In this document: positions 53,493-64,000 of the stretch, piece after piece
Position numbering within the stretch: the stretch's first letter is position 1
Layout: every line of letters starts with the position of its first letter
Source of the DNA: an uncultured delta proteobacterium
GTDB taxonomy: Bacteria; Myxococcota; UBA727; VGSZ01
DNA length: 64,000 bases
Assembly: GCA_963775425.1 (NCBI GenBank)
Contig: CAVZJB010000016.1
Location: 768,001 to 832,000 of the forward strand
Reading direction: 5' to 3'
Translations under genes and position numbers: made by a program
Notes under the pieces: model-generated
What the model was told of the DNA's origin: nothing
The model's database searches: none
Seen by the model: the letters and a program-made list of their open reading frames with translations, nothing else

Positions 53493-54746
53493 TCAAATAC
53501 GGCGGCGGCGGCGCAGCGCGAGCAGGAGCGCGAGCCCCGCGAGCGGCGTTGCCCCCGCCGCCGCGGTGCAGCCGCCGCCGGCCCGGGGGCCGGGGCTGTT
53601 GCCGTCGTCGGGGCGGGTGGGGGTGACGTCGCCGCCGGTGCCGCCGGTGTCGCCGCCGGTCAGGCCGCCGCCGGTGTCGCCGCCGGTGCCTCCCCCCGTG
53701 CCGCCGCCGCTCCCGCCGCCGGTCCCGCCACCGGTCCCGCCACCGGTCCCGCCGCCGCCGGTGTTGGCGACGCAGGCGCTGGCGCTGGCGTCGGCGTGGT
53801 AGCCGTCGTTGCAGCGGCATGTGAGGCCGTCGGGCTGCGGCGTGGAATTCGGCGGGCAGCCGCCCGTCGTCGCACCACCACCGCCGCCGCCGCCGGTCCC
53901 GCCGCCGGTCCCGCCGCCGGTGCCGCCGCCGGTGCCGCCGCCCGTGTCGCCGCCGGTGCCGCCACCGCCGCCGGACGAGACGCCGCCGGCGCACTGGGTG
54001 GGATTGTTGGTGTCGACCTCGAGGCCCTGCGTGGGCTGCCAGGCGTCGCAGTCGTTGTACTGGCAGGAGTTGATCGTCGGGTCGGCGCAGTCGCTGTCCG
54101 GGGCGCCGCAGCCGCAGTCGCACTCCCCGTCGCCGAGCCAGGTCGGATCGCACATCCAGCCGCCCGGAGCGGTGCCGCCGCCGCCGCCGCCGCCGCCGGC
54201 GACGCAGCTCGTGCCGGAGGGATCGACGACGAAGCCCGCGTCGCACTGGCACTGGGTGCCGTCCGGCGTGGGCGAGGAGTTCGGGGGGCAGGTCGCGGTG
54301 CCGCCGCCGCCGCCGCCGGTGCCGCCGCCCGTGCCACCGCCGGTGCCGCCGCCCGTGCCGCCGCCCGTGCCGCCGCCGCTCCCGCCGGTGGGGTTCGACG
54401 ACGTCGAGCTCGCGAGGCCCGGGTTGCTGATGGCCGTCGTGCGCGCCGGAGTGGCGCCGCGGGTCCAGATGCAGTCGGGGTCGCCGAGCTCCTGGCCGTT
54501 GGTCTGGCCGTCGCCGTCGCTGTCGAGGTGGCAGACCGCGGACCAGCTCGGCGTGAAGCCGCTGTTGGCCGAGATGTCCTGTCCGAACGCGTTGCGCGCG
54601 CCGCCGCCGAACTGCGACGTATGGCAGTTGATGCACCCGTTGCCGTCGATGGTGCTGCCGTTGGGCAGGTAGCCGGGGTAGTTCGAGCGCGCTTGCGCCC
54701 CCAACGAGGCGAGCAGCGCAATGACGAAGACAGCCGCGACACGCAT
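53493..54746 (-). CDS. Surface protein: temptin-like N-domain with CxxCH, Gly/Thr linkers, EGF-like and LNR-like Cys modules, MYXO-CTERM tail
   Basis: RBS GGAGG; signal peptide ending AQA; PNGS...CINCH...GGGARNAFG.D...DSDGDGQTNGQELGDPDCIW; tail GGGCTAA...LALLLALRRRRR. Confidence 0.82.
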   Translation of the reverse strand: MRVAAVFVIALLASLGAQARSNYPGYLPNGSTIDGNGCINCHTSQFGGGARNAFGQDISANSGFTPSWSAVCHLDSDGDGQTNGQELGDPDCIWTRGATPARTTAISNPGLASSTSSNPTGGSGGGTGGGTGGGTGGGTGGGTGGGGGGTATCPPNSSPTPDGTQCQCDAGFVVDPSGTSCVAGGGGGGGGTAPGGWMCDPTWLGDGECDCGCGAPDSDCADPTINSCQYNDCDAWQPTQGLEVDTNNPTQCAGGVSSGGGGGTGGDTGGGTGGGTGGGTGGGTGGGGGGGATTGGCPPNSTPQPDGLTCRCNDGYHADASASACVANTGGGGTGGGTGGGTGGGSGGGTGGGTGGDTGGGLTGGDTGGTGGDVTPTRPDDGNSPGPRAGGGCTAAAGATPLAGLALLLALRRRRRI

Positions 54747-55222
54747 CTTGAAACCTCCGCGGAAGCGCGGACCCTATGTTCCGGAAACCAGTCCGCAAAG
54801 AGCGGATCCGGCTGACGGGTTCGTTCCGCAGGGGCGATCTGACTCAAACGTGGATTCCTGCACGGATTGGGCATCGGACGTTTGCCCGATGACGTCGCCG
54901 GCTGCCCTGCGCTCGAGCTCGATGAGCTTCGTCAGGCCGTCGGGTCGGCGTCCTCGTCGCCGTCCGCGACCGACGCCCGTTCGCGACGTCGGCTACGTCG
55001 CCGACCCGGCCGCGTCGTGACGTCGGCTACGTCGACCGCAATCCGGGGGCTCGTCCCCGCGTCGGAAGGCCCGGCGCCGCGGACCGTGCCCTCCGACGCG
55101 GCCCACAAGGGGCCGCGCTACGCGCCGCCGCGAATGTCGCCGCGTCGCCGATCCGTCGGCGCCGGGCGTCGAGCTCGTGCTGCGGCCCGCGCCGCCGCTC
55201 ACGAGAGCTGCCGCGACGCCCA

Positions 55223-56770
55223 TCATGACGGCGCGATTTCCGGGGCCGGCGCGCCGGGCGCGGTGAACGCCGCCGCCTCGCGAAAGCCGACCGCGCCGTG
55301 CACGTGCTCCGCCGCCACGCCGCGGCTGCCGGCGAGATTGGCGATGGTGCGCGCGACGCGCAGGATGCGGTCATAGCCGCGCGCCGACAGCGCGATGCGG
55401 TCGACGGCGGCGGCGAGGAAGCGGCGCCCCTCGCGATCGGGGCGCGCGTGCGCGCGGATCTCCGCGGGGGTGGCGCCGGCGTTGGTGCAGCCGCGCCCGT
55501 AGCGCGCCCTTTGCGTCGCCCGCGCGCGCGCCACCCGCTCCGCCACGACGTGCGAGGGCTCGCCGGGAGCCCTGCCCTCGAGCGCCGCGAGGTCCACCGG
55601 CGGCACGCTCACGTGGATGTCGATGCGATCGAGGAGCGGGCCCGAGATGCGGCCCTGGTAGCGCTGCACGTCGCGCGGCGTGCAGCGGCAGCGGCGGCGC
55701 GTGTCATGGAGATATCCACAGGGACACGGGTTCATCGACGCCACGAGCAGCGTGCGCGCCGGATATCGCAGCGTCCCCGACGCCCGCGACAGCATCACCT
55801 CGCCGCTCTCGAGCGGCTCGCGCAGCGCCTCGAGCGTGGGCCGCGAAAACTCGGGCACCTCGTCGAGGAAGAGCACGCCCTCGTGGGCGAGCGTGATCTC
55901 GCCGGGCCGCGGCAGCGCCGCGCCGCCGCCGACGAGGCCGGCGGGCGTGGTGGAGTGGTGCGGCGCGCGAAACGGGCGGTCGGCGACGAGGCCGCCGCCG
56001 ATGTTGAGGCCCGCCACCGAGTGGACGCGCGTGACCTCGAGCGCCTCCTCGCGCGTGAGCGGCGGCAGGATCCCGGGCAGCCGGCGCGCGAGCATGGTCT
56101 TGCCGCTCCCGGGTCCACCGACGAAGAGCACGTTGTGGCCGCCGGCGGCGGCGAGCTCGAGCCCGAGCCGCGCCTCCCCCTGCCCGTGCACGTCGGTGAG
56201 GTCGGGCGCCGCCGCGGTGACGCGCGCGGCGGCCTCGGGCACCACCGGCGCGCGTTCGTCGTCGCCGGCGAGCCAGGCGACGGCGTCGGCGAGCGTCTTC
56301 ACCGCCCGCACCTCGACACCGCGCACGAGCGCCGCTTCGGGCGCGTTGTCTCTCGCGACGAGGACGACGTCGCGGCCGGCGCGCACCGCCGCTTCGGCGG
56401 CGGCGATGGCGCCGCGCACCGGGCGGACGTCGCCGGCGAGGGAGAGCTCGCCGCTCACGAGGCAGCGGGCGAGGCGCGCCGCCGGGACGCTCCCCTGCGC
56501 GGCGAGGACGGCGAGGGCCATCGGGAGGTCGAACCCCGTGCCGTCCTTCTTCACGTGCGCCGGTGCGAGGTTCACGGTGATGCGCGCGACGGGGAAGACG
56601 AGGCCGGTGGCGCGGATGGCGGCCTCGACGCGGACGCGCGACTCGCGCACCGCCGCCTCCGCGAGGCCGACGATGGTGAACGAGGGCAGCCCGCCGCCGA
56701 GGTCGACCTCGACGCCGACGGGCATGGCCTCGACGCCGCGCAACGTGGCGCTGATGACGGTGTGCTGCAT
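55223..56770 (-). CDS. comM: YifB/ComM Mg-chelatase-like AAA+ ATPase
   Basis: VGLAEAAVRESR.RV, NLAPA..KKDG..FDLP, GPGSGKTMLA, PFRAPHH, GVLFLDE, NPCPCG, SGPLLDRID, LSARG. Confidence 0.93.
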   Translation of the reverse strand: MQHTVISATLRGVEAMPVGVEVDLGGGLPSFTIVGLAEAAVRESRVRVEAAIRATGLVFPVARITVNLAPAHVKKDGTGFDLPMALAVLAAQGSVPAARLARCLVSGELSLAGDVRPVRGAIAAAEAAVRAGRDVVLVARDNAPEAALVRGVEVRAVKTLADAVAWLAGDDERAPVVPEAAARVTAAAPDLTDVHGQGEARLGLELAAAGGHNVLFVGGPGSGKTMLARRLPGILPPLTREEALEVTRVHSVAGLNIGGGLVADRPFRAPHHSTTPAGLVGGGAALPRPGEITLAHEGVLFLDEVPEFSRPTLEALREPLESGEVMLSRASGTLRYPARTLLVASMNPCPCGYLHDTRRRCRCTPRDVQRYQGRISGPLLDRIDIHVSVPPVDLAALEGRAPGEPSHVVAERVARARATQRARYGRGCTNAGATPAEIRAHARPDREGRRFLAAAVDRIALSARGYDRILRVARTIANLAGSRGVAAEHVHGAVGFREAAAFTAPGAPAPEIAPS

Positions 56771-56890
56771 CGGCCCTCGCTCTTCACGGCGCGTGCCCCG
56801 GGCGCGCCGCGTGCGTACGCGGGGCCGGAAGGCGCGGGGACGGGCGTGGAATCGGTTGCGCGCGCGTCGTTCCGAAGGGATACCGGCGAG

Positions 56891-57487
56891 ATGTTCACCG
56901 GCATCGTCGAACACACGGGACGCGTCACCTCCGTCGACCAGCGCGAGGACGGGGCGCGCATCGTGGTGGAGACCGCGCTCGAGCTCGGCGACACGCGGCT
57001 CGGCGACTCCATCGCCGTCGACGGCTGCTGCCTCACCGTGGTCGACAAGGGCGCGCGCACGGTGGCGTTCGACCTCGGCCCCGAGACGCTCGCGGTGACC
57101 ACCCTCGGGGCGTTCGCCCCGGGGACGGCGGTGCACCTCGAGCGCGCCGTGCGCCTCGCGGACAGGCTCGGCGGTCACCTCGTGCAGGGCCACGTCGACG
57201 GCGTGGGCACGGTGGAGCGGCGCGAGGCGAAGGGCGACGCGCTGCTCCTGCGCATCCGCGCGCCGCGCGAGGTGACGCGTCTGTGCATCCACAAGGGGAG
57301 CATCGCCGTCGACGGCGTGAGCCTGACCGTCAACGCCGTCGACGACGACGCCTTCGAGGTCGGCCTCATCCCGCACACGCTCGACAAGACCCACCTCGGG
57401 TCGCTCACCGTGGGCGCGCGCGTGAACCTCGAGGCGGACCTCGTCGGCAAGTACATCGACAAGCTGCTGCCTCGCTCCTCGAGCTAA
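56891..57487 (+). CDS. ribE: Riboflavin synthase (alpha chain)
   Basis: MFTGIVE, GDSIAVDGCCLTV, GGHLVQGHVDG, KGSIAVDGVSLTV, VNLEAD..GKY. Confidence 0.97.
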   Translation: MFTGIVEHTGRVTSVDQREDGARIVVETALELGDTRLGDSIAVDGCCLTVVDKGARTVAFDLGPETLAVTTLGAFAPGTAVHLERAVRLADRLGGHLVQGHVDGVGTVERREAKGDALLLRIRAPREVTRLCIHKGSIAVDGVSLTVNAVDDDAFEVGLIPHTLDKTHLGSLTVGARVNLEADLVGKYIDKLLPRSSS

Positions 57488-57489
57488 GG

Positions 57490-57810
57490 CACATCGAGAT
57501 CCCGAGCACCTCCGTCACCGGCGCGCCCTGATCGTTGACGGTGGGCGGCACGACCTCGAGCGTGACGTCAGCGTGCCGGTGCCGAACGATTCGCGTGCAT
57601 TGAATGACAACGCGCGGTGCTTCTTGTCGCGCGCGGTGATGGTCAATTGCCCATTGTCGTCATTGCGCTTCGGGCTCGTCTTGGTGTCGTCGAAGCCGAA
57701 CGCGTAGGACTCGCGCGTCGGATCCGCGAGCACGGTTGTTGGGCTTGCAGAAGCCGCCGGAGAACGAGACGTCGTCGTCGTCGTGACGACGGTGGCGTGG
57801 TCGACATGCG
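57490..57810 (-). pseudogene. Possible decayed gene fragment
   Basis: Protein-like text (YAFGFDD...GQLTITARDK...FGTGTL) switches frame to VTLEVVPPTVNDQGAPVTEVLG; lower GC; no clear start. Confidence 0.3.
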
Positions 57811-57908
57811 CGTGACGTCCTCCGCGCGCATGCCTGCCCCGCTCCCGCAAGGCACGCGACCCGCCGCGACGCCCCTCCGCGCTCGGCTCGGAGGGGCGTC
57901 GCCGCCGC

Positions 57909-58373
57909 TCACGGCTGCGGCGTGATCGGGCGCGGCGTCGGTCCCTCCTGCGAGCCCTGGCCCGACGCGTCGGGGGCCTGCTCCTCGGGCGCCTGCTTGG
58001 GGGCCTGCGCCTCCGGGGCCTGCTCGGGGGCCTGCGCCTCGGGCGCCTGCTCCTCGGGCGTCTGCTCCTCGGGCGTCTGCTCCTCGGGCGTCTGCTCCTC
58101 GGGCGTCTTCTCCTCGGGCGTCGCGGCGCTCGAGCCGGTGCCGGTGCCGGCCTCAGGCGCCTTGTCCTCTTCCGGGTTGGTGATGCTCGAGCCGGCCCCG
58201 GTGCCGGGCGCGGGTTGCTCTTGCTTTGTGCCTTCGGGCGCAGGCTTTTCGGACTTCCCCGTCCAGTTCTGGCATGCGCCAAGCGCGAATGCGCCCGCCA
58301 CGATCGCCACCTGCGCCGTGGTCCTCACCAAGCCGTGCGCGGGGCGGAGATCAGAGAGTCTCTGGAATTTCAT
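57909..58373 (-). CDS. Low-complexity Pro/Glu/Gln-rich lipoprotein with 15-bp repeats (PEEQT)
   Basis: MKFQR...AFALGAC lipobox; tandem TGCTCCTCGGGCGTC units at about 57971..58121. Confidence 0.65.
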   Translation of the reverse strand: MKFQRLSDLRPAHGLVRTTAQVAIVAGAFALGACQNWTGKSEKPAPEGTKQEQPAPGTGAGSSITNPEEDKAPEAGTGTGSSAATPEEKTPEEQTPEEQTPEEQTPEEQAPEAQAPEQAPEAQAPKQAPEEQAPDASGQGSQEGPTPRPITPQP

Positions 58374-58453
58374 GGTCGTCGTCCTCGTGGTTACGGGGCC
58401 GCGGCGTCGCTCCCGCACGCGGCGCCCTCACAGAGGGCGCAGCGGCGCCGCCA

Positions 58454-58469
58454 CGCAACGTGCGCGCCG
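58454..58469 (-). promoter_or_regulatory. Putative sigma54 -24/-12 promoter of the Pro/Glu-rich lipoprotein
   Basis: Minus strand CGGCGCGCACGTTGCG matches YGGCRCG-N4-TTGC. Confidence 0.55.
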
Positions 58470-58575
58470 GCGGGAAGCAGGAGAAGTCGAAGGCCCACGC
58501 CGCCGTCGTCGCAAGAAGCACGCCCCAAACGCCCCGGGCCCTTGTGGCAACGAGCGCGCGCGCTATGACGAGTGC

Positions 58576-59808
58576 ATGAACGCCGTGAAGCTCGAAGTCG
58601 TGCCCAAGGAAGGCTCTCTCCTCGCCCGCTACGGGTCCACCGCCGAGACGCGCGTGCGGCGCGGGATGGCGGAGCTCGCCGCGGGCAAGGCCGTCATCCT
58701 CGTCGACGATGAAGATCGCGAAAACGAGGGCGACCTCGTCATCGCCGCCGAGAAGGCCACGCCCGAGCTCATCAACTTCATGGCCAAGGAGGGCCGCGGC
58801 CTCATCTGTCTCTCCCTCACCGACGAGCGCCTGCGCGCCCTCGACCTGCCCCCCATGGTCGAGAACAACACGGCCTCGCTCGGCACCGCCTTCACCGTCA
58901 GCATCGAGGCGCGCACCGGCGTCACCACCGGCATCTCCGCCGCCGACCGCGCCCGCACCATCCAGGTCGCCATCGACGACGACGCCAAGCCGTCCGACCT
59001 CGTCAAGCCCGGCCACGTCTTCCCGCTGCGCGCCCAGCCCGGCGGCGTCCTCGTGCGCACCGGCCAGACCGAGGGCAGCGTCGACCTCTGCCGCCTCGCC
59101 GAGCTCAAGCCCGCCGGCGTCATCTGTGAGATCCTCAACGACGACGGCTCCATGGCGCGCCTGCCCGACCTCGTCGACTTCGCCGACCGCCACGGACTCA
59201 TCGTGCTGTCCGTCGCCGACATCATCGCGTTCCGTCTGCGCCACGAGCTGCTCGTCGAGCGCACCGCCCTCGCCACCGTCGACACGCCCTACGGCCCGCT
59301 GCGCGCCATGTCGTTCCGCTCGCTCGTGCGCGGCGCGTCGGGCATGGACGAAGAGGCCCTCGCGCTCGTGAAGGGGAGCGACGAGCAGCTCGCGTCGTCG
59401 ACGCCCCTCGTGCGCGTCCACTCGGGCGACCCGCTCACCGACGTCTTCGGCGGCATCCTCGACAAGGGCGGCCTCCACCTGCACGGGGCCATCCGCCAGG
59501 TGGCCGCCGAGCCCTGCGGCGTCATCCTCTACCTGCCCAAGGAGCCCGCGCCGCTTCGCTTCGTCGACGCGCTCAAGGAGCTCGAGGCCGCGCGCGCCGC
59601 CGGCACCGGCCTGCCCGAGCGCGATCGCGCGCCCAAGGGCCAATCGCCGGTCGTTCGCCACTACGGCACCGGCGCGCAGATCCTCCGCTTGCTCGGGCTC
59701 ACCCGCATGCGCCTGCTCACCAACAACCCCGTCAGGCTGAACGCGCTGCACGGCTTCGGCATCGAGGTCAAAGGCACCGTGCCCATCGAGATCGAGACCC
59801 GAACGTGA
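58576..59808 (+). CDS. ribB: DHBP synthase fused to a degenerate GTP cyclohydrolase II domain (RibBX)
   Basis: [39 protein letters not shown]; the C-domain keeps VRVHS and LLTNNP but lacks the zinc Cys residues. Confidence 0.92.
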   Translation: MNAVKLEVVPKEGSLLARYGSTAETRVRRGMAELAAGKAVILVDDEDRENEGDLVIAAEKATPELINFMAKEGRGLICLSLTDERLRALDLPPMVENNTASLGTAFTVSIEARTGVTTGISAADRARTIQVAIDDDAKPSDLVKPGHVFPLRAQPGGVLVRTGQTEGSVDLCRLAELKPAGVICEILNDDGSMARLPDLVDFADRHGLIVLSVADIIAFRLRHELLVERTALATVDTPYGPLRAMSFRSLVRGASGMDEEALALVKGSDEQLASSTPLVRVHSGDPLTDVFGGILDKGGLHLHGAIRQVAAEPCGVILYLPKEPAPLRFVDALKELEAARAAGTGLPERDRAPKGQSPVVRHYGTGAQILRLLGLTRMRLLTNNPVRLNALHGFGIEVKGTVPIEIETRT

Positions 59809-60302
59809 AGGCCGCCCCCGCTGCGGAGAGCGACGTCCGCGCCGACGGCCTCCACGCCGTCATCGTCGCCAGCCGCTTCAACGGCGAGATCGTGCAAAAG
59901 CTCGTCGACGGCGCGCGCGACGCGCTGACCCGCCGCGGCGCCGCGAGCGTCGACGTCGTGTGGGTCGGCGGCGCGCTCGAGCTGCCGGTGGTCGCGCAAA
60001 CCGTGCTGGCGCGCGCGCCCGACGCCGGGGTGGTGTGCGTGGGCTGCGTCATCCGGGGCGGCACCGATCACTACGAGCACGTGTGCCGCGCCACCGTCGA
60101 CGGCATCATGCGCGTCTCGCTCGACGCCGGCGCCCCGGTCGGCAACGGCGTGCTCACCGTGGCGACGGTGGAGCAGGCGTGGGACCGCGCGGGCGGGCCC
60201 GTGGGCAACAAGGGCGCCGAGGCCGCCCTCGCGCTGATCGAGGCGCGCGCCGCCGTCTCCCAGGGGCGCGCGGTGGCCGCAGCGAAGCGAACGGAGGGCT
60301 GA
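59805..60302 (+). CDS. ribH: 6,7-dimethyl-8-ribityllumazine synthase
   Basis: ASRFN, GALELP, GCVIRGGTDHYEHV, GVLT, GNKGAEAA. Confidence 0.95.
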   Translation: MKAAPAAESDVRADGLHAVIVASRFNGEIVQKLVDGARDALTRRGAASVDVVWVGGALELPVVAQTVLARAPDAGVVCVGCVIRGGTDHYEHVCRATVDGIMRVSLDAGAPVGNGVLTVATVEQAWDRAGGPVGNKGAEAALALIEARAAVSQGRAVAAAKRTEG

Positions 60303-60304
60303 GC

Positions 60305-60725
60305 GTGGGCGTGAAACGGCAGGCGCGCGAGTGCGCCCTTCAGAATCCTCTACCCGGTGGACATGGCCGGCGTGGACGTCGAGGAGGCCATCGCGCGCTT
60401 CTTCGAGAACTTCGACGCCGACGCCCGCGCACGGGAGCGCGCGGAGTCGCTGGTGCGCGGCGTGCTCGAGCACCGCGCGCGCATCGACGAGGTCATCGCG
60501 GCGCACAGCCCGCGCTGGCGCATCGAGCGCATGGCGCTCGTGGACCGCAACGTGCTGCGACTGTGCGTGCACGAGCTGTTGTTCGACGAGGAGACGCCGC
60601 CGGCGGTGGTCATCGACGAGGGCGTGGAGATCGCCAAGCGCTTCGGCGCCGAGCAGTCGGCGGCCTTCGTGAACGGAGTGCTGGACAGCGCGGCCCGGGC
60701 TCTGGGTAGGCTCGCGCCGAAGTAG
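60305..60725 (+). CDS. nusB: Transcription antitermination factor NusB (one-base frameshift at 60344)
   Basis: KRQARECALQ in one frame continues as ILYPVD...W.IERMALVDRNVLRL...VVIDEGVEIAKRFG...FVNGVLD after removing one A. Confidence 0.9.
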
Positions 60726-60742
60726 GTCGACGGAGGACGCCC

Positions 60743-61543
<801 letters not shown>

Positions 61544-61549
61544 GTGACG

Positions 61550-62395
61550 TCAGCCGCGGGGCTTGCCGAAGACCTGCATGACCTTCTGGAGGTCGCTCCA
61601 CGCCTCGCGCTTCTTCTTCTTGTCGGGGTCGGCCTCTTCGCGCAGCAGGTACGACGGGTGATACGTCGGCATCAGGTCGATGCCCTCGTACACATGCCAC
61701 CCGCCGCGCAGGCGCGAGATGGGCGTCTTGCTCCGCAGGAGCGTCTGCGCGGCGTACTTGCCGAGGCACACGATCACCCGGGGCTTCACGATCTGGAGCT
61801 GCGCCTTGAGGAAGCGCTCGCACGCCTCGACCTCGTCGGGCTCCGGGTCGCGGTTGTTGGGCGGGCGACACTTGACGACGTTGCAGATGTAGACGTCGTC
61901 GCGGGCGAAGCCCATCGCCTCGATCATCCTGGTCAGGAGCTGCCCGGCGCGGCCCACGAAGGGGACGCCCTGGCAATCCTCGTCGGCGCCGGGGCCCTCT
62001 CCGACGAACACCAGATCGGCCTCGGGGTTTCCGACGCCGAACACGAGCTTGTTCCTCCCCCGGTGCAGCTTGCAGCGCTTGCAGTCGCCGACCACGTCGG
62101 TGCGCAGCCGCTCGAGCTTGTCGGCCGCCGGCGCGTCGAGCCCCAGGAGCGCGCCGATGTCGTCGCCGACGACGGGCAGCGCCGTCTTCGCAGGCGCCGT
62201 CTTCGCGGGCGCCGCCGCAGCGGGCGCCGCCGGCGGCGCTGCCGGCCTCGACGGCGCGGCCTCCCGCGCGCGCGGCGGCTTCGGGGCGGGCGCGCGTGAG
62301 AACACCGGGCGCGGCAGCGTCTCGATGCCGCCGAGGCGCGCGACCTCCAGGACTCCCTGGAGCTGTCGTGCGAGCGTCGCGATCTCGTCTTGCAC
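61550..62395 (-). CDS. Uracil-DNA glycosylase, family 4 (Fe-S)
   Basis: [44 protein letters not shown]; GTG start after GGAGGG. Confidence 0.93.
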   Translation of the reverse strand: MQDEIATLARQLQGVLEVARLGGIETLPRPVFSRAPAPKPPRAREAAPSRPAAPPAAPAAAAPAKTAPAKTALPVVGDDIGALLGLDAPAADKLERLRTDVVGDCKRCKLHRGRNKLVFGVGNPEADLVFVGEGPGADEDCQGVPFVGRAGQLLTRMIEAMGFARDDVYICNVVKCRPPNNRDPEPDEVEACERFLKAQLQIVKPRVIVCLGKYAAQTLLRSKTPISRLRGGWHVYEGIDLMPTYHPSYLLREEADPDKKKKREAWSDLQKVMQVFGKPRG

Positions 62396-62419
62396 AGGGT
62401 GACCCTCCGGCCCCGCACG

Positions 62420-62449
62420 TTGACGCGCAATCCGGGTCAGCGTTACGGT
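62420..62449 (+). promoter_or_regulatory. Putative sigma70-type promoter
   Basis: TTGACG-18 nt-TACGGT upstream of GGAGG-TTG. Confidence 0.45.
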
Positions 62450-62470
62450 GGCCGCGACCGGAGGCGCGGG

Positions 62471-63028
<558 letters not shown>

Positions 63029-63059
63029 GCCGCGGCCAATCGCGGCGCGGCCCTCGGGG

Positions 63060-63088
63060 TTGACCGGCGGGCCCCGCGCTCCTACCCG
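63060..63088 (+). promoter_or_regulatory. Putative leaderless promoter of purH
   Basis: TTGACC-17 nt-TACCCG-6 nt-ATG; no SD sequence. Confidence 0.5.
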
Positions 63089-63094
63089 GGGCGC

Positions 63095-64000
63095 ATGCCT
63101 TCCCTCGACGTCGTCGCTGTCCGCCGCGCACTGATCTCCGTCTCCGACAAGACCGGCATCGCCGCCCTCGGCAAGGCGCTCGCCGCCAGACACGTCGAGG
63201 TCCTGTCGACGGGCGGCACCGCCAAGGCCCTGCGCGACGCCGGGGTGGAGGTGAAGGACGTCGCGGACTTCACGGGCTTCCCCGAGATGCTCGACGGCCG
63301 CGTGAAGACGCTGCACCCGAAGATCCACGGCGGGCTCCTCGGGCGGCGCGACCTCCCCGATCACCTCGCGCAGATGGAGCAGCACGGGGTGCAGCCCATC
63401 GACCTCGTCGTCGTCAACCTCTACCCGTTCGAGAAGGTCGCGGGGCAGTCCGACGCGCTGTGGGGCGAGCTCATCGAGAACATCGACATCGGCGGGCCGT
63501 CGATGCTGCGTTCGGCGGCCAAGAACCACGACGCCGTCGCCGTCGTCTGCGACCCCGCCGACTACACGGAGCTCATCGCCTCGCTCGAGCTGTCGGGCGC
63601 CACCACGCGCGCGCAGCGGCGCAAGCTCGCCCTCAAGGTCTTCGAGCAGACCGCGCGGTACGACGGCGCCATCGCGTCCCGCCTCGCGCTGCGCACCGAG
63701 CTCGAGCGGCCGCCGGAGGAGGTGGAGCCGTGCGCCAAGGGCGGCCTCGGTCCGGTCCACGTCGTCGTCGCCGAGCGCACCTCGTCGCTGCGCTACGGGG
63801 AGAACCCGCACCAGCTCGCCGCCGGGTATGGCGTGCGCGACGACGGCCACAGCGTCGACCTCGCCGGCGCGGTGCCGCTTCAGGGCAAGGAGCTGTCGTA
63901 CAACAACCTCCTCGACGCGGACGCCGCCATCTTTTCGCTGCGCTGCCTCGTCGACGCGCCCCCCGCCGACGCCGCGAGCGGCCCCGGCGCCGGCGCCATC
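63095..64000 (+). CDS. purH: Bifunctional AICAR transformylase/IMP cyclohydrolase (3' end outside window)
   Basis: Not in the ORF track; read by hand from ATG 63095: [72 protein letters not shown]. Confidence 0.97.
   Translation, partial: MPSLDVVAVRRALISVSDKTGIAALGKALAARHVEVLSTGGTAKALRDAGVEVKDVADFTGFPEMLDGRVKTLHPKIHGGLLGRRDLPDHLAQMEQHGVQPIDLVVVNLYPFEKVAGQSDALWGELIENIDIGGPSMLRSAAKNHDAVAVVCDPADYTELIASLELSGATTRAQRRKLALKVFEQTARYDGAIASRLALRTELERPPEEVEPCAKGGLGPVHVVVAERTSSLRYGENPHQLAAGYGVRDDGHSVDLAGAVPLQGKELSYNNLLDADAAIFSLRCLVDAPPADAASGPGAGAI

Noticed and set aside
54780-54895. c-di-GMP-I riboswitch upstream of the temptin-like gene
   Set aside because: Fragments (GGGCAAAC; GCAAAG..TCCGG) lie on different strands and do not form the two-hairpin architecture; only a simple CATCGG..CCGATG hairpin is supported.
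49158-56770. Competence operon (ComEC-like plus ComM)
   Set aside because: The MBL protein lacks the ComEC channel domain, and the genes are about 5 kb apart, convergent and separated by unrelated genes.
56771-58575. FMN riboswitch before the rib genes (and ZTP riboswitch before purH at 63029-63094)
   Set aside because: No conserved riboswitch motifs seen, and the leaders appear too short or leaderless.

Overview
A very GC-rich bacterial chromosomal segment, most consistent with a Myxococcota (myxobacteria-like) genome. Support for that call: a LonD/BsgA-type Lon, two Ser/Thr kinase-PEGA genes, an FHA-GAF sigma54 activator, MYXO-CTERM-type sorting tails, DUF2330 and an orphan sigma-region-4 protein. 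Housekeeping genes are nuoM-nuoN (window start), lon, a fadD-like ligase, a tandem ArsA/Get3 ATPase pair, tRNA-Ala(CGC), an rlmN-family gene, nhaA, comM/yifB, ribE-ribBX-ribH-nusB, a family-4 uracil-DNA glycosylase and purH (window end). They are interleaved with accessory envelope genes: a GT2/AsnB/GT-C glycosylation cluster, lyase-fold, GH31 and GH92 lipoproteins, and two metzincin proteases. The most striking items are (i) a surface-sorted protein whose N-terminal domain closely resembles the animal/oomycete temptin domain but carries a CxxCH heme-c motif, next to a di-heme Cys-rich lipoprotein; (ii) two arrays of long structured tandem repeats (3 x 158 bp; 2 x 152 bp built from the tRNA 3' end); (iii) recurrent -10 hexamers 6-8 nt before start codons, suggesting leaderless transcripts; and (iv) four single-base frameshifts (DUF2330, TPR-protease, lyase, nusB) that look like assembly indels. 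No CRISPR array, integrase, transposase or prophage was seen. All family calls come from motif recognition by eye; no database search was run.
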